Shown piece by piece: positions 30,917 to 41,426 of a stretch of 64,000 nt of DNA. The stretch is from an uncultured delta proteobacterium (lineage in GTDB: Bacteria; Desulfobacterota; Syntrophia; Syntrophales; UBA5619), in NCBI GenBank assembly GCA_963817385.1, contig CAWFOM010000002.1, positions 1 to 64,000 of the forward strand. Reading direction: 5' to 3'. The notes under the pieces were generated by a model. The model was not told the DNA's origin. It did no database searches and was given only the letters and a program-made list of their open reading frames with translations. The position numbers and the translations under genes were made by a program. Within the stretch, counting starts at the first letter, position 1. Every line of letters starts with the position of its first letter.

Positions 30917-31837
30917 ATGCGCATCGCCATCATGGGACAGGCCGCCTTTGGCGCCAAGGTCCTGGAAACGCTGGCTGACCGCGGCGAGGACGTCATCGCC
31001 GCCTGGCTTCCCCAGAGGAAAGCCGGGGCAAAACCCGACCCCCTGCAGATCACCGCCGACAAACGCCGGATCCCCGCGTATCAGCCGGAAAACTACAAAG
31101 CACCGGAGACTCTCCGGGAGTTTCGGGCGTTGAGAGCGGATCTGCTGATCATGGCCTTCGTCACGGACATCATCCCCCCGGCCCTGATCGAAACCCCTTC
31201 CCGGGGGGCGATCTGCTACCATCCCTCCCTCCTCCCCCGCCACCGCGGCGGGAGCGCGATCAACTGGGCCCTGATCATGGGGGACAAACAGACAGGGCTC
31301 TCGATCTTCTGGGCGGACGCCGGAATCGATACGGGACCGATCCTCCTCCAGAAGCGGGTCACGATCGGAGAGGATGACACCACCGGATCGCTCTATTTCA
31401 ACCACCTCTTCCCCCTCGGCGCGGAGGCGATAGCGGAGTCGGTCGATCTCATCAAGGCGGGCCGGGCGCCCCGTCTCATCCAGGACGAGAATCTGGCCAC
31501 CTACGAGCCGCTTTGTAACGACCGGGTTGCCCGGATCGACTGGGGGCGGACCGCGGAAGAGCTCCACAACCTGATCAGGGGATGCGACCCCCAGCCGGGG
31601 GCGTTTACGCACTATCAGGGTGAAAGGGTCCGTTTCTTCGATTCGCACCGCCTCGATGGGGCTCCGGCAGGCCGGCCGGGGGAGATCACAACAGTGGATG
31701 CGGCAGGCTTCACCGTAGCCGCCGGGAGAGGAGCAATCCGGATCGGCAAGGTTCGGACGAAAGAGGGGAAACAGGACGCGGCGGCCTTCGCCGCCACAAG
31801 CGGTCTGAAGCCGGGCGGGCGGTTCACGACCGTCTGA
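30917..31837 (+). CDS. Formyltransferase-family protein (Fmt / 10-formyl-THF hydrolase-like)
   Basis: YHPSLLPRHRGGSAINW, IDTGPILLQ, IRGCDPQPGA. Confidence 0.88.
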   Translation: MRIAIMGQAAFGAKVLETLADRGEDVIAAWLPQRKAGAKPDPLQITADKRRIPAYQPENYKAPETLREFRALRADLLIMAFVTDIIPPALIETPSRGAICYHPSLLPRHRGGSAINWALIMGDKQTGLSIFWADAGIDTGPILLQKRVTIGEDDTTGSLYFNHLFPLGAEAIAESVDLIKAGRAPRLIQDENLATYEPLCNDRVARIDWGRTAEELHNLIRGCDPQPGAFTHYQGERVRFFDSHRLDGAPAGRPGEITTVDAAGFTVAAGRGAIRIGKVRTKEGKQDAAAFAATSGLKPGGRFTTV

Positions 31838-31841
31838 GGTA

Positions 31842-32399
31842 GTGCCCGAAAAGGAGGAGCTGATGCATATCGAGATCGGCGGCTACTGCCCCGGGGCGAT
31901 TGGCCGCGTCGCCGAAATGCATGCGGACTATTACCACCGCCACTGGGGGTTCGGCCTGTTCTTCGAGGCCAAGGTGGCGACTGAACTCGCAGAGTTCCTC
32001 TGTCGCTTTGAGAAGGAGCGCGACGGTTTCTGGACGATTATGAGCGAAAATCGCGTTGCAGGCTCGATTGCGATTGACGGCCTGAAGGCGGAAACCGAGG
32101 GTGCGCACCTCCGCTGGTTCATCGTCTCGCCGGAGATCAAGGGCAGCGGCGGGGGCCGGCGGCTCATGACGGAAGCCGTCTCCTTCTGCGACCGGCGGGC
32201 GTATAGTCGGATCGGCCTGTGGACCTTCGCGGGGCTCGATACGGCCCGTCACCTCTACGAGTCGTTCGGGTTTCACCTGGTTTCCGAGGGAGAGGGGGAA
32301 CAGTGGGGCACCCGGGTCGTCGAACAACACTTCGAACGCAACCGAGGAGAAGCGGCGCCGGGATGGTCAAAACCGTTATCGAAGGCCCACCCCCCCTGA
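31842..32399 (+). CDS. GNAT-family acetyltransferase
   Basis: AHLRWFIV..GSGGGRRL..LWTF..ARHLYESFGF. Confidence 0.85.
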   Translation: MPEKEELMHIEIGGYCPGAIGRVAEMHADYYHRHWGFGLFFEAKVATELAEFLCRFEKERDGFWTIMSENRVAGSIAIDGLKAETEGAHLRWFIVSPEIKGSGGGRRLMTEAVSFCDRRAYSRIGLWTFAGLDTARHLYESFGFHLVSEGEGEQWGTRVVEQHFERNRGEAAPGWSKPLSKAHPP

Positions 32400-32432
32400 G
32401 AAGGGAACAGCCTGTAAGCATTTCCGCGCTCA

Positions 32433-35246
32433 TCAGACGCTGATGCTGCTCCCCCTGTTCACGAACCCATGGGGCGTCCCCGTCCTTTCCCAGACAACGA
32501 CCCGATTGCGCCCGGACGCCTTCGCGCGATACAGAGCCTGATCCGTAAGGTCGATCAGGACATTCAATGTCCGGACATCCGGCAGCGCGACAGCAATGCC
32601 GGCGCTCGCAGTAACACGGACATTGACGGTGGTGGAATCGCCATTCGCCGGACAGACAGGGACAACGAGTTCCTCAATGGAGAGACGGAGGCGCTCGGCG
32701 ATCTGGATAGCCTCGGGAAGAAGGGTTTCCGGCAGCAGGAGGATGAACTCTTCGCCGCCATAACGCCCCACGACGTCGATCCCGCGCGTATTCTGGCGGA
32801 AACAGGCGGCCAGGGCTTGCAGAACCTTATCGCCGGCGGGATGACCGTAGACGTCGTTGACCATCTTGAAATGATCAATGTCGAACATCACCGCCGCGAG
32901 AGGCCGATTGAAACGCGCCGCCCGTTCAAATTCACGTTCTCCCTGCGGGAAAAATCCGCGGCGATTGAATAAGCCGGTCAGCTCGTCCGTCACGGCGATC
33001 TGTTCGATGTGGTTGTAGAGCCGCGCGTTGCGGATGGCGATTGCGGCCTGCGCGGCGAACATGCCGAGAACATCCAAATCCGCCTGGGTGTATTGGTGCG
33101 GCAGATATGCCATCGTATCGATAATGCCCAGCAATTCTTCACCCCAGTGAATCGGCGCCCCCGCCAACGCCCGGGACGGGAGAGAGTCATACTCTCTTTT
33201 TCGCTCTGGCCAAGAGTTATAATCGTTAACCAAAAACGGGGCGCCTGTCGCCCAGACATGACCAACGAAACCTTTTCCGCGTTGCTGTATCGTTTTTTTA
33301 GGAGTCAGTTCCGGGCCGGCGCTCGCCACCCGCTCCATCAGATCCGATTCCGGCCTGTAGAGGTAGCAATGGCAGTTTGTGCCACCGATCAGATCCAACG
33401 CGCGCCGGGCGATAAAACAGAGCAGTGAGTTGAGATCCAGTTCGACCATCAGCTCTACACTTGTCACGTGCAATGCGGCCAACTGTTTGGAGCGGCGCTC
33501 GTTTTCTTCCTGCGCCCTTTTGCGTTCGGTGATGTCCTCAACTACGATCATATTGCGCCCGGGGTTTTCCCCCGGCTTCCAGAGCGGCGATACCGCGATG
33601 TCCACCCAGATGACCGCCCCGTCCTTCCGGAGATAGCGCTTCTCCAGACTGTAGCGCCCGATCTTCCCGGCCAGCAGCAGGGCCGTTTTATCCTCATGTA
33701 GATGGAGATCCTCCGGATGCGTTATCGCCTGGAAGGTAGTAGCCAGCATCTCTCTCTCCGTCATGCCGACGAGCTCGTAAAGGCGCCGGTTGACCGTGAG
33801 AAAACGGCCCGTCTCGATCTCGATCTCGGCCACTCCGACCGCCGCCTGTTCAAACAGGGCGCGGAACCGTTGCTCACTCTCCCGCAGCGAACCTTCCGTC
33901 TCCTTGAGGTCGGTAAAGAGCTGCGCATTGGCAATCGCCCCGGCAATCTGCGCCCCAATCCTCTCCGCCAGGCGGAGATCCCGCTCGGTGTATGCGTTCG
34001 GCTTTTTCGACCGGAAGTGCAGGACACCGATCACCTCGTTCCGATAGACTAACGGGATGCCCATCAGGGAGAGCAACCCCACCTGAAATGTAGCGAAGAG
34101 AGGAGGGAAGCGGGCGACGATCTCATCAATCTCTTCAATGCTCGCTGGTTGGAAGAGCAAGCTGGTCTGCGTGCGTATGATCTCCTCACTAAACGTTCCC
34201 GTTAATGCAGGAGAATCCCCCTGTTGCCGATCGCTAATACTCGACCCTGAAACGTAAGCAACGCGGAGGGTACTCTTTTTAAAATCGTACAAGTTGATGG
34301 CAAGCCTGTCAAAGAGGATGAGTTTTCGGGTCTCGACAGCGAAGCGCTCGTATACCTCGTCAATGTCCAGCGTGGAGCCGATCAGCCGCCCGATTTCGGC
34401 AATGACGGCCATCTCTTCGGCCAGCCGCTCTGCTGCTTCGCGGTTCCTTCGCTGCTCTTCTTCGGCCCGCTTCCGATCCGTGATATCGTGAACGAAGACG
34501 AGAGCTCCGTCGCTGTTTTCATACGTTATAGGCACGGCGGAAACCTCGACGTCGATGACCGAACCATCCACCTTCAGGTACTGCTGCTCGATCATGCGTA
34601 CCGCTTTTCTCTCCTCATTGACCAGACGCATCCGTTCCCGGGCGAGTACGCGATAATCGGGGTGGACATGGTCCGTAACCGGCGTGCCGAGCACGGCCTT
34701 CGCCGATTCGGCGCCGAGGAGACGGACGGCCGCCGGGTTCAGGTAGGCAAGACATTCCCTGACGTGGACGAAGACGGCATCGGGCGCATTCTCGACCAGG
34801 AGACGAAATTTTCCCTCGCTCTCCCTAAACGCAGCCGCCACCCGACGGTGTTCCCGCCTCATTGCCGCTTCCCGCAACTCTCGTTCAACGGCGGGAAGAA
34901 GTCGCTGCCGCCGGTCCTTCATGATGCAGTCATGGGCGCCGGCCTTCATCGCCTCGACGGCCACCTCCTCACCGATCGCGCCGGAGATAAGGATGAAGGG
35001 GACATCGATCCCCGTTTCTTTCACGATTGCGAGGACCTGGAGGCCGTCGAAGCCGGACAGATAATAATCGCACAGGATGATGTCCCACGCCATATTCTGG
35101 AGGGCTGCGCGCACAGCCTCGATCGTTTCCACTCGCTCGTGGACGGGTTCGTAGCCGCCCCGTTTCAATTCGAGGATCAGCATGAGGGCGTCAATTTCAG
35201 AATCCTCTATGATCAATACGCGCAGAGGCGTTCCCATCTCGCTCAT
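32433..35246 (-). CDS. Diguanylate cyclase (REC-PAS-GAF-PAS-GAF-GGDEF)
   Basis: DELTGLFNRR, DIDHFK.VND.YGH..GD, RGID..GRYGGEEF. Confidence 0.93.
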   Translation of the reverse strand: MSEMGTPLRVLIIEDSEIDALMLILELKRGGYEPVHERVETIEAVRAALQNMAWDIILCDYYLSGFDGLQVLAIVKETGIDVPFILISGAIGEEVAVEAMKAGAHDCIMKDRRQRLLPAVERELREAAMRREHRRVAAAFRESEGKFRLLVENAPDAVFVHVRECLAYLNPAAVRLLGAESAKAVLGTPVTDHVHPDYRVLARERMRLVNEERKAVRMIEQQYLKVDGSVIDVEVSAVPITYENSDGALVFVHDITDRKRAEEEQRRNREAAERLAEEMAVIAEIGRLIGSTLDIDEVYERFAVETRKLILFDRLAINLYDFKKSTLRVAYVSGSSISDRQQGDSPALTGTFSEEIIRTQTSLLFQPASIEEIDEIVARFPPLFATFQVGLLSLMGIPLVYRNEVIGVLHFRSKKPNAYTERDLRLAERIGAQIAGAIANAQLFTDLKETEGSLRESEQRFRALFEQAAVGVAEIEIETGRFLTVNRRLYELVGMTEREMLATTFQAITHPEDLHLHEDKTALLLAGKIGRYSLEKRYLRKDGAVIWVDIAVSPLWKPGENPGRNMIVVEDITERKRAQEENERRSKQLAALHVTSVELMVELDLNSLLCFIARRALDLIGGTNCHCYLYRPESDLMERVASAGPELTPKKTIQQRGKGFVGHVWATGAPFLVNDYNSWPERKREYDSLPSRALAGAPIHWGEELLGIIDTMAYLPHQYTQADLDVLGMFAAQAAIAIRNARLYNHIEQIAVTDELTGLFNRRGFFPQGEREFERAARFNRPLAAVMFDIDHFKMVNDVYGHPAGDKVLQALAACFRQNTRGIDVVGRYGGEEFILLLPETLLPEAIQIAERLRLSIEELVVPVCPANGDSTTVNVRVTASAGIAVALPDVRTLNVLIDLTDQALYRAKASGRNRVVVWERTGTPHGFVNRGSSISV

Positions 35247-35293
35247 CGTAGTATTTTCCCGTTAGTTATCAACAAGTTACCTTCGCTATCGAT

Positions 35294-36679
35294 TCACATC
35301 ACCGGCAAATCGTATCCGCCTGCAAAGACGCTCTGGCAGGCTTCAACGACCCTTTCATCATAGAGCCTCCCCTGATTCACGGAGATCTCATTCAGGGCTG
35401 ACTCCAGGCCGAGTCCCGGCCGGTATGGACGGTGGGATGCCATGGCTTCCACCACATCGGCCACCGCCAGAATCCTTGCTTCGAAACAGATCTGATCCCC
35501 CGTCAAACCGCGCGGGTAGCCCGAACCGTCCATCCGCTCGTGGTGCTGCAGGATGATCTGACCGATCGCCCAGGGGAATTCGATATCCTTCAGGATGTCA
35601 AAACCCGCCTGCGGATGTATTCTGATGAGGTTGATTTCAATCTTCGACAGTCTGACCGGTTTGCTGAGTATCTCTGCGGGAACGGTGATCTTGCCGACAT
35701 CATGTATCATGCCGGCTATCCGGATGCTGTCGACTCCGTCCGGCATGATTCCCGTTTCCTGCGCAATGGCGCGGGCCAGATCGGAAACCCGCCGCTGGTG
35801 GCCGGCCGTATAGGGATCCCGCGTTTCCACCATCAAGGCGATGGCCCGGACGGTTGATTCCAGGGCCCCGCGCAGGTTCTCGCGGCTCTCCCGTAATTTT
35901 TCCTCCGTCTGCATCCGCTCGGTGATGTCGTGGAGATAGGCAAGAGAGCCGATCTCGTTATTGTAGGAAAAAGGAACGGCAGAGGCCTCAACATAGATGA
36001 CCGTGCCGTCGAGTTTCAGATACTTCTGCACCATCGGGGGAACTTTTTCCCTCTCCTCATTAAGCAGGCGGATCCTCTCCTGGATCGTCTCGCGATAATC
36101 GGGAGAGATCCTCTCCAGAATCGGACGTCCCAGCAGCTGCTCCGCCGATTCCGCACCGAGGAGATGGACGGTTGCCGGGTTCACATAGGCAAAACAGCCT
36201 CCCGTCTGGATATAAACGGCACCCGGCGCACTCTCGACAACAAGACGGAATTTCTCTTCGCTTTGTCGGTACCTCTCCTCCGTCCGCCTGCGTTCCTGAC
36301 GCACCTCCGCTTCGCGCAGTTCCCTCGTTATGGCCGGGACGAGTCGTTGCCGAGCGCCCTTCATGATATAATCGTGCGCGCCGGTCTCCATGGCCTCGGC
36401 GGCCATCTCTTCGCCTATCATGCCGGAGACGATGATGAAGGGGATGTCTATCTCCGATTCCTTCATGATTTCAAGTGCAGCAAGACCATTGAAGCCGTGG
36501 ATGTCGTAATCGCACAGGATGATATCCCACGGCTTCTCCTGCAGAGCTGCGTGCATGGCCTCGGCGCTATCCACCCGCTCATGGAGGGGCTCATAACCGC
36601 CCTGTTTCAGCTCGTGGACCAGCAGCAGGGCATCGTCTTGCGAATCCTCAACAATCAATACATGCAGAGACTTTCCCAC
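35294..36679 (-). CDS. HD-GYP phosphodiesterase (REC-PAS-HD-GYP)
   Basis: RDPYTAGH, HDVGK, HHERMDGSGYP, HRPYR. Confidence 0.93.
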   Translation of the reverse strand: MGKSLHVLIVEDSQDDALLLVHELKQGGYEPLHERVDSAEAMHAALQEKPWDIILCDYDIHGFNGLAALEIMKESEIDIPFIIVSGMIGEEMAAEAMETGAHDYIMKGARQRLVPAITRELREAEVRQERRRTEERYRQSEEKFRLVVESAPGAVYIQTGGCFAYVNPATVHLLGAESAEQLLGRPILERISPDYRETIQERIRLLNEEREKVPPMVQKYLKLDGTVIYVEASAVPFSYNNEIGSLAYLHDITERMQTEEKLRESRENLRGALESTVRAIALMVETRDPYTAGHQRRVSDLARAIAQETGIMPDGVDSIRIAGMIHDVGKITVPAEILSKPVRLSKIEINLIRIHPQAGFDILKDIEFPWAIGQIILQHHERMDGSGYPRGLTGDQICFEARILAVADVVEAMASHRPYRPGLGLESALNEISVNQGRLYDERVVEACQSVFAGGYDLPVM

Positions 36680-36813
36680 CCGAATCCCCCTTTTGGGTCT
36701 TCATGCAGCGATGAATTATGTATCAACCTTTACCGACAAACAGGAGCGAATCGATTCTTCTCCCACTCGCTGGCATAATAATGGCAGCCTGAGGATATTG
36801 CAACTCATAAGCA

Positions 36814-36840
36814 CTATCGGCATAAATGGCATTTAACTTA
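36814..36840 (-). promoter_or_regulatory. Sigma28 (FliA)-like promoter
   Basis: TAAG-N15-GCCGATAG upstream of the HD-GYP/DGC pair. Confidence 0.7.
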
Positions 36841-36923
36841 ACCGGTTCAAGGCACAATCGCCGCCGGCAATCCCCAAACAGCTGATCACCTGCTTCAGCC
36901 GGCGTTACCCAGGAAGAAAACCG

Positions 36924-38153
36924 TCACTCATAGCGGAGCGCATCGATAGGATTGAGGAGTGACGCCTTGTAGGCGGGATAGAATCCGAAAAAGAGGCCCA
37001 CCATACCGGAAAAACCGAAGGCTAGCAGGATAGACAGGGGGGAGACGACGGTGGACCACCCGGCCAGGGCGGAAAGAACCTTGGATCCCGACACGCCGAG
37101 GATGATCCCGGCAATCCCGCCGATAAGGGAGAGGGTCAGCGCCTCGATGAGGAACTGAAGTCGGATATCCCAGCTCTTCGCCCCCACGGACATGCGGATG
37201 CCGATTTCACGGGTCCTCTCCGTTACGGAAACGAGCATGATGTTCATGATGCCGATACCGCCGACCAGAAGGGAGACGGAGGCGATCGCCGCAAGCAAGA
37301 GGGCCATGACCTGGGTGGACTGCTCGGCCGCCTGCATCATCTGGGTAAGATTGCGAATCGTGAAATCCGGCTCCTGACGGGGGCCGATCCGATGGCGCTG
37401 GCGGAGCAACTCTCCGATCTGCTGTTCCGCCGCCGAAAGTTGGTCGGCGCTTTTCGCCTTCACCGCAATCGATCGGACCATGCCCAAAAAGGGCGTCCCG
37501 AAGATCTTCTTTTGCGCCGTCGAAAGGGGGATGAAGATGGTATCATCCTGGTCCTGTCCCATGGCCGATTGCCCCTTTTTCGCCAGAACGCCGATCACGG
37601 TAAAGGGGACTTTCTTGATCCGGATAATTTGACCCAGGGGGTCCGCATTGCCGAAGAGATTGTCCACGACGGTCTGACCCAGGAGGCAAACCTTGGTGGC
37701 GTTGCGCACATCCTGATCCGTGAACGGCCTTCCGGAAGCGAGCGACCAGTCCCGGACGGGCAGGATGCCGGGTGTAGTCCCGGCAACTCCCGTCGACCAG
37801 TTCTGGTTGCCGTATACCACCTGGGCCGCTCCGTTGTGCGTAGGGGCCACATCGGAGACGGCGGGGCACTCCCTGGCGATCGCCTCGGCGTCGTCCTGGG
37901 TCAGGGTGGACTGTGTGCCGCTTCCCATCCGGAGACCTCCGGAGGTGCTGCTCCCCGACATGACGATCAGGAGGTTGCTCCCCATACTGGACATCTGCTG
38001 CGAGATCCTCTCGCTCGCGCCGGTCCCCACGGCAAGCATGGTGATCACCGCGCCCACGCCGATGATGATGCCGAGCATCGTCAGGGCGGAGCGCATCTTG
38101 TTCACCCGGAGCGCGCGCAACGAAATCTTGAAGGTCGGGAGAATGCCGATCAT
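36924..38153 (-). CDS. MacB-family ABC permease
   Basis: NKMRSALTMLGIIIGV, GGIGIMNIMLVSVTERTREIG. Confidence 0.95.
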   Translation of the reverse strand: MIGILPTFKISLRALRVNKMRSALTMLGIIIGVGAVITMLAVGTGASERISQQMSSMGSNLLIVMSGSSTSGGLRMGSGTQSTLTQDDAEAIARECPAVSDVAPTHNGAAQVVYGNQNWSTGVAGTTPGILPVRDWSLASGRPFTDQDVRNATKVCLLGQTVVDNLFGNADPLGQIIRIKKVPFTVIGVLAKKGQSAMGQDQDDTIFIPLSTAQKKIFGTPFLGMVRSIAVKAKSADQLSAAEQQIGELLRQRHRIGPRQEPDFTIRNLTQMMQAAEQSTQVMALLLAAIASVSLLVGGIGIMNIMLVSVTERTREIGIRMSVGAKSWDIRLQFLIEALTLSLIGGIAGIILGVSGSKVLSALAGWSTVVSPLSILLAFGFSGMVGLFFGFYPAYKASLLNPIDALRYE

Positions 38154-38202
38154 CTCCGCCTCCCTTCCGCGTGGTCTCCCGCCAAGAATGTGCCCGATCT
38201 TC

Positions 38203-38922
38203 TCATACCGTCCCCTCTGTCAACCCCGTCTTTCCCGGTTTCACGGGCTCATCGCTGACGATGCGCCCGTCACGGAATCGGACGATCCGCCTGCTGAAGG
38301 CGGCAATGTCCGGCTCATGGGTCACGAGGATGATCGTGATCCCCGATTCTCGGTTCAGCTTCACGAAAAGCTCCATGATCTCGACACTCGAATGGGTGTC
38401 CAGATTGCCGGTTGGCTCGTCGGCCAGGATCAGGGGCGCCCGGTTCACGAGCGCGCGGGCAATGGCCACCCGCTGCTGCTGGCCGCCGGAGAGCTGATTC
38501 GGATGATGATCCTCCCGGCCTTCCAACCCCATCGCCTTCAGGGCGGCCATCGCCCGTTGCCGGCGCTCCCGGGGGTGAAATCCATTATAGAGCATCGGGA
38601 GCTCCACGTTCTCCAGGGCGGATGTCCGGGGAAGCAGATTGAATCCCTGAAAAACGAATCCGATTTTCTTGTTGCGGATCTCCGCCAGCTCGTCATGGCC
38701 CCGATGGCCGATATCGGTTCCATCCAGAAGATATTGTCCGCCCGTCGGTTCATCCAGACAGCCGACCACGTTCATGAAGGTTGACTTGCCGGAACCGGAT
38801 GGTCCCATGACGGCAACGAATTCACCCTGCCCGATCGTCAGGGAAACGTCATCCAGTGCGTGGACGGTGCTGTCGCCCAGTTCGTAGATCTTGGTCAGAT
38901 GATGGGTTTCAATCAATTCCAT
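38203..38922 (-). CDS. MacB/LolD-family ABC ATP-binding protein
   Basis: GPSGSGKST, LSGGQQQR, ADEPTGNLD. Confidence 0.95.
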   Translation of the reverse strand: MELIETHHLTKIYELGDSTVHALDDVSLTIGQGEFVAVMGPSGSGKSTFMNVVGCLDEPTGGQYLLDGTDIGHRGHDELAEIRNKKIGFVFQGFNLLPRTSALENVELPMLYNGFHPRERRQRAMAALKAMGLEGREDHHPNQLSGGQQQRVAIARALVNRAPLILADEPTGNLDTHSSVEIMELFVKLNRESGITIILVTHEPDIAAFSRRIVRFRDGRIVSDEPVKPGKTGLTEGTV

Positions 38923-38931
38923 AGCGCTGAA

Positions 38932-40143
38932 TTAGAAGAATCCTCTCGGGCCGATCCGCTGTTCAGTTTTCTTGGCCGTTCCCGTCGCTTCAACGATCAC
39001 CCCATCACCCTCCTTCAGATCCCCGGAAGAGACGGTGGTATAACTTCCATCGTTTATTCCGATGGTAATAGGAATACGGCGGGGTTTCTGGCCATCCAGG
39101 ACCCAGACGCCTTGCTTCTTTTGACTGTTCGTCTCCCCCGCGGTCACCGGAGACTTGGCCGGCATTCCCCCTTTTCCCGTGTCGGACGCCTTGTCAAAAG
39201 TCCACTTGAATCGGAGCGCCGCGTTCGGGACCTTCAAGACGCCCTTTTCCATGGCGGTAATGATCGAGACATTGGCCGTCATGCCCGGTTTCAATTTTCG
39301 CTCCGGATTGGCCACCTTGACCACCACGTCATAGGTGACGACGTTCTGGACCGTCGTGGGGGCGTTGCGGATCTCCGCCACCTTCCCGGGGAACGTAGTA
39401 TCCGGGTAGGCGTCGACGGTGAAGCTGACGACCTGGCCGATCATGACCCGGCCGATATCCGCCTCGTCCACATTCGTGTCGATCTGCATCCGGGTCAGAT
39501 CCTCGGCGATGCTGAAGAGGGTCGGTGTCTGGAAGCTTGCGGCCACGGTCTGCCCGATGTCCACGTTCCGGGAGATGACGACTCCGTCGACCGGGGAGAG
39601 TATCCGGGTGTATTGCAGATTGGTCTCTTCCTGCTGCAGCGCCGCCCGATTCTGCTCCACCTGCGCCTTTGCGGCATTGAGCTGGGCGGCCGCCGACTGT
39701 TCATTCGTCTCCGCCGTATCCAGGTCGCTCCGGGCGATGAAGTTCCGGCCAAACAAGTCCCGGTTCCGCTCCAGCGTCCGTCGGGCATCCTTGAGGGCGA
39801 CCTCCGCCTTCTCCACATTGGCTTCAGCGGACAGCAGATTGGCCCTCGCCTGCGCCACCCTCGCCTGGGGAAGCGCCGGATCGATCTGGGCCAGCAGTTG
39901 CCCTTTTTTGACGGGGGAGTTGAAATCCACAAAGAGCTCCTTGACCGTTCCGGAAACCTGGGTGCCCACGAGGACGGTGGTCACCGCGCTCACCGTTCCG
40001 GTTGCGGTCACTGAAGCGCGCAGATCCCCCCGGGTCACCTTTTCCGTCCGGAACTGGACGCCGTTTCCCTTGTTTTTGTAGAGATAAAATCCGCCTGCCG
40101 CCAGAGCGCCGATCAGAACAAACGCCACAACGATCTTTTTCAT
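38932..40143 (-). CDS. MacA-like periplasmic adaptor
   Basis: VGTQVSG, GQTVAASFQTPTLF, VDEADIG, LKPGMTA. Confidence 0.92.
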   Translation of the reverse strand: MKKIVVAFVLIGALAAGGFYLYKNKGNGVQFRTEKVTRGDLRASVTATGTVSAVTTVLVGTQVSGTVKELFVDFNSPVKKGQLLAQIDPALPQARVAQARANLLSAEANVEKAEVALKDARRTLERNRDLFGRNFIARSDLDTAETNEQSAAAQLNAAKAQVEQNRAALQQEETNLQYTRILSPVDGVVISRNVDIGQTVAASFQTPTLFSIAEDLTRMQIDTNVDEADIGRVMIGQVVSFTVDAYPDTTFPGKVAEIRNAPTTVQNVVTYDVVVKVANPERKLKPGMTANVSIITAMEKGVLKVPNAALRFKWTFDKASDTGKGGMPAKSPVTAGETNSQKKQGVWVLDGQKPRRIPITIGINDGSYTTVSSGDLKEGDGVIVEATGTAKKTEQRIGPRGFF

Positions 40144-41426
40144 TTTTCCCCCGCCGCTTTCTCCAGAGACGCCTGCGCCACTTTATAATCATACAGCGCT
40201 GAATTATAGGATGTTTTCGCATTGCTCGCCGCCACGAGGGCATCGGTGACCTCGATGGGGCTCCCCACCCCCGAGGCGTACCTGCCGTTGGCCAGATCGA
40301 GGTTCTCCCCAGCCTGACGGACGGAGAGCGCCGCCGTCTCAACCTGGTCCGCGGCGGCCGCCAGGTTCAGCCATGCCTGTTTGACATCCTGATAGATGGC
40401 CTGCCGAAGCGAGACATTATTGGCGATAACCACATCCAGATTCGCCTGCGCCTCCTCGATCTGGTATTTCGTCGCGAAGCCGCTGAACAGGGGGATGCTC
40501 AGCGTGGCGCCGAAACTCCATCCCTGGTCCAGAGGGAAACTGCCCCCGCCCCAGCCGTAACTGGCATTGCCCGATATGGACGGATAATAGCCCTTCCGGG
40601 CAAGAGTGATGGACTCCTCCAACGATCTCTTCTTCTCGGCGAGGGACCGGAGATCCGGCCGGCGGTTATAGGCCCTTTGCAGAGTTTCCTCCAGATCGAC
40701 ATCCACGCGCTGAAAGGAGGGCTCATCGGCGAGGTCGTACTCGGGGGCCTCCGGTATACCAATGGCATTGTTCAGCGCCACCTGGGCGAGCCGGAAGGCG
40801 TTTTCGGCCTTCAAGAGGTTCAGTCGTGCGTTGGAGAGATCGACTTCGGCCTTGGTGACGTCGAATTTCGGTTTTGTCCCGATCTCGAAAAACGCCCGGG
40901 CCTGCTCGAGGTGCTGCTGAAACTGCCCCACCACTTCCCGGTTCACATCCCGGTTCCGCCTTGTCTGCAGCACCCCGTAGTAGGCCTGACTGACGGCGAA
41001 GATCACCTGGGTGCGGACGTTTGCCAAATCCGAACGGGAGGAATCCCGGTTCAGTTCCTGAATCCTCACCTGGGTGGAGGTCTTGCCGAAATCGTAGAGA
41101 TTCTGGTTCAGGGATACGCTGGAGGAGTAGCTGTCAAAGGCGTCTCCGCCGACCGTTCCCCTCGACGAGTCGGATATCGGCTCCGTCCGGCTGTAGCCGG
41201 TGGATGCGTTCACTTGCGGATAATATCCCGATCGCGCCTGGCCGATTTTGCTTTCGCCGCCCTTAAGCGTGCCGGCCGCCGCCAGGATGGAGGGATGCCA
41301 CTCCAGGGCGATCGCAACGCAGCGGCTCAGATCCAGCGTCTCGCCTTTCGCTATCGGACCAGCCGCTCCCGCCGCTGCCGGCTGGAGCATCCAGAACATC
41401 ATGAGGAACAAAGCGATTCTTTGCAT
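40140..41426 (-). CDS. TolC-family outer-membrane protein
   Basis: Signal peptide and two OEP repeats (YYPQV / YYPSI). Confidence 0.9.
   Translation of the reverse strand: MQRIALFLMMFWMLQPAAAGAAGPIAKGETLDLSRCVAIALEWHPSILAAAGTLKGGESKIGQARSGYYPQVNASTGYSRTEPISDSSRGTVGGDAFDSYSSSVSLNQNLYDFGKTSTQVRIQELNRDSSRSDLANVRTQVIFAVSQAYYGVLQTRRNRDVNREVVGQFQQHLEQARAFFEIGTKPKFDVTKAEVDLSNARLNLLKAENAFRLAQVALNNAIGIPEAPEYDLADEPSFQRVDVDLEETLQRAYNRRPDLRSLAEKKRSLEESITLARKGYYPSISGNASYGWGGGSFPLDQGWSFGATLSIPLFSGFATKYQIEEAQANLDVVIANNVSLRQAIYQDVKQAWLNLAAAADQVETAALSVRQAGENLDLANGRYASGVGSPIEVTDALVAASNAKTSYNSALYDYKVAQASLEKAAGEK

Noticed and set aside
30917..31837. Housekeeping fmt
   Set aside because: N-terminus GQAAFG differs from the usual GTPDFA, there is no def neighbour, and the context is catabolic.
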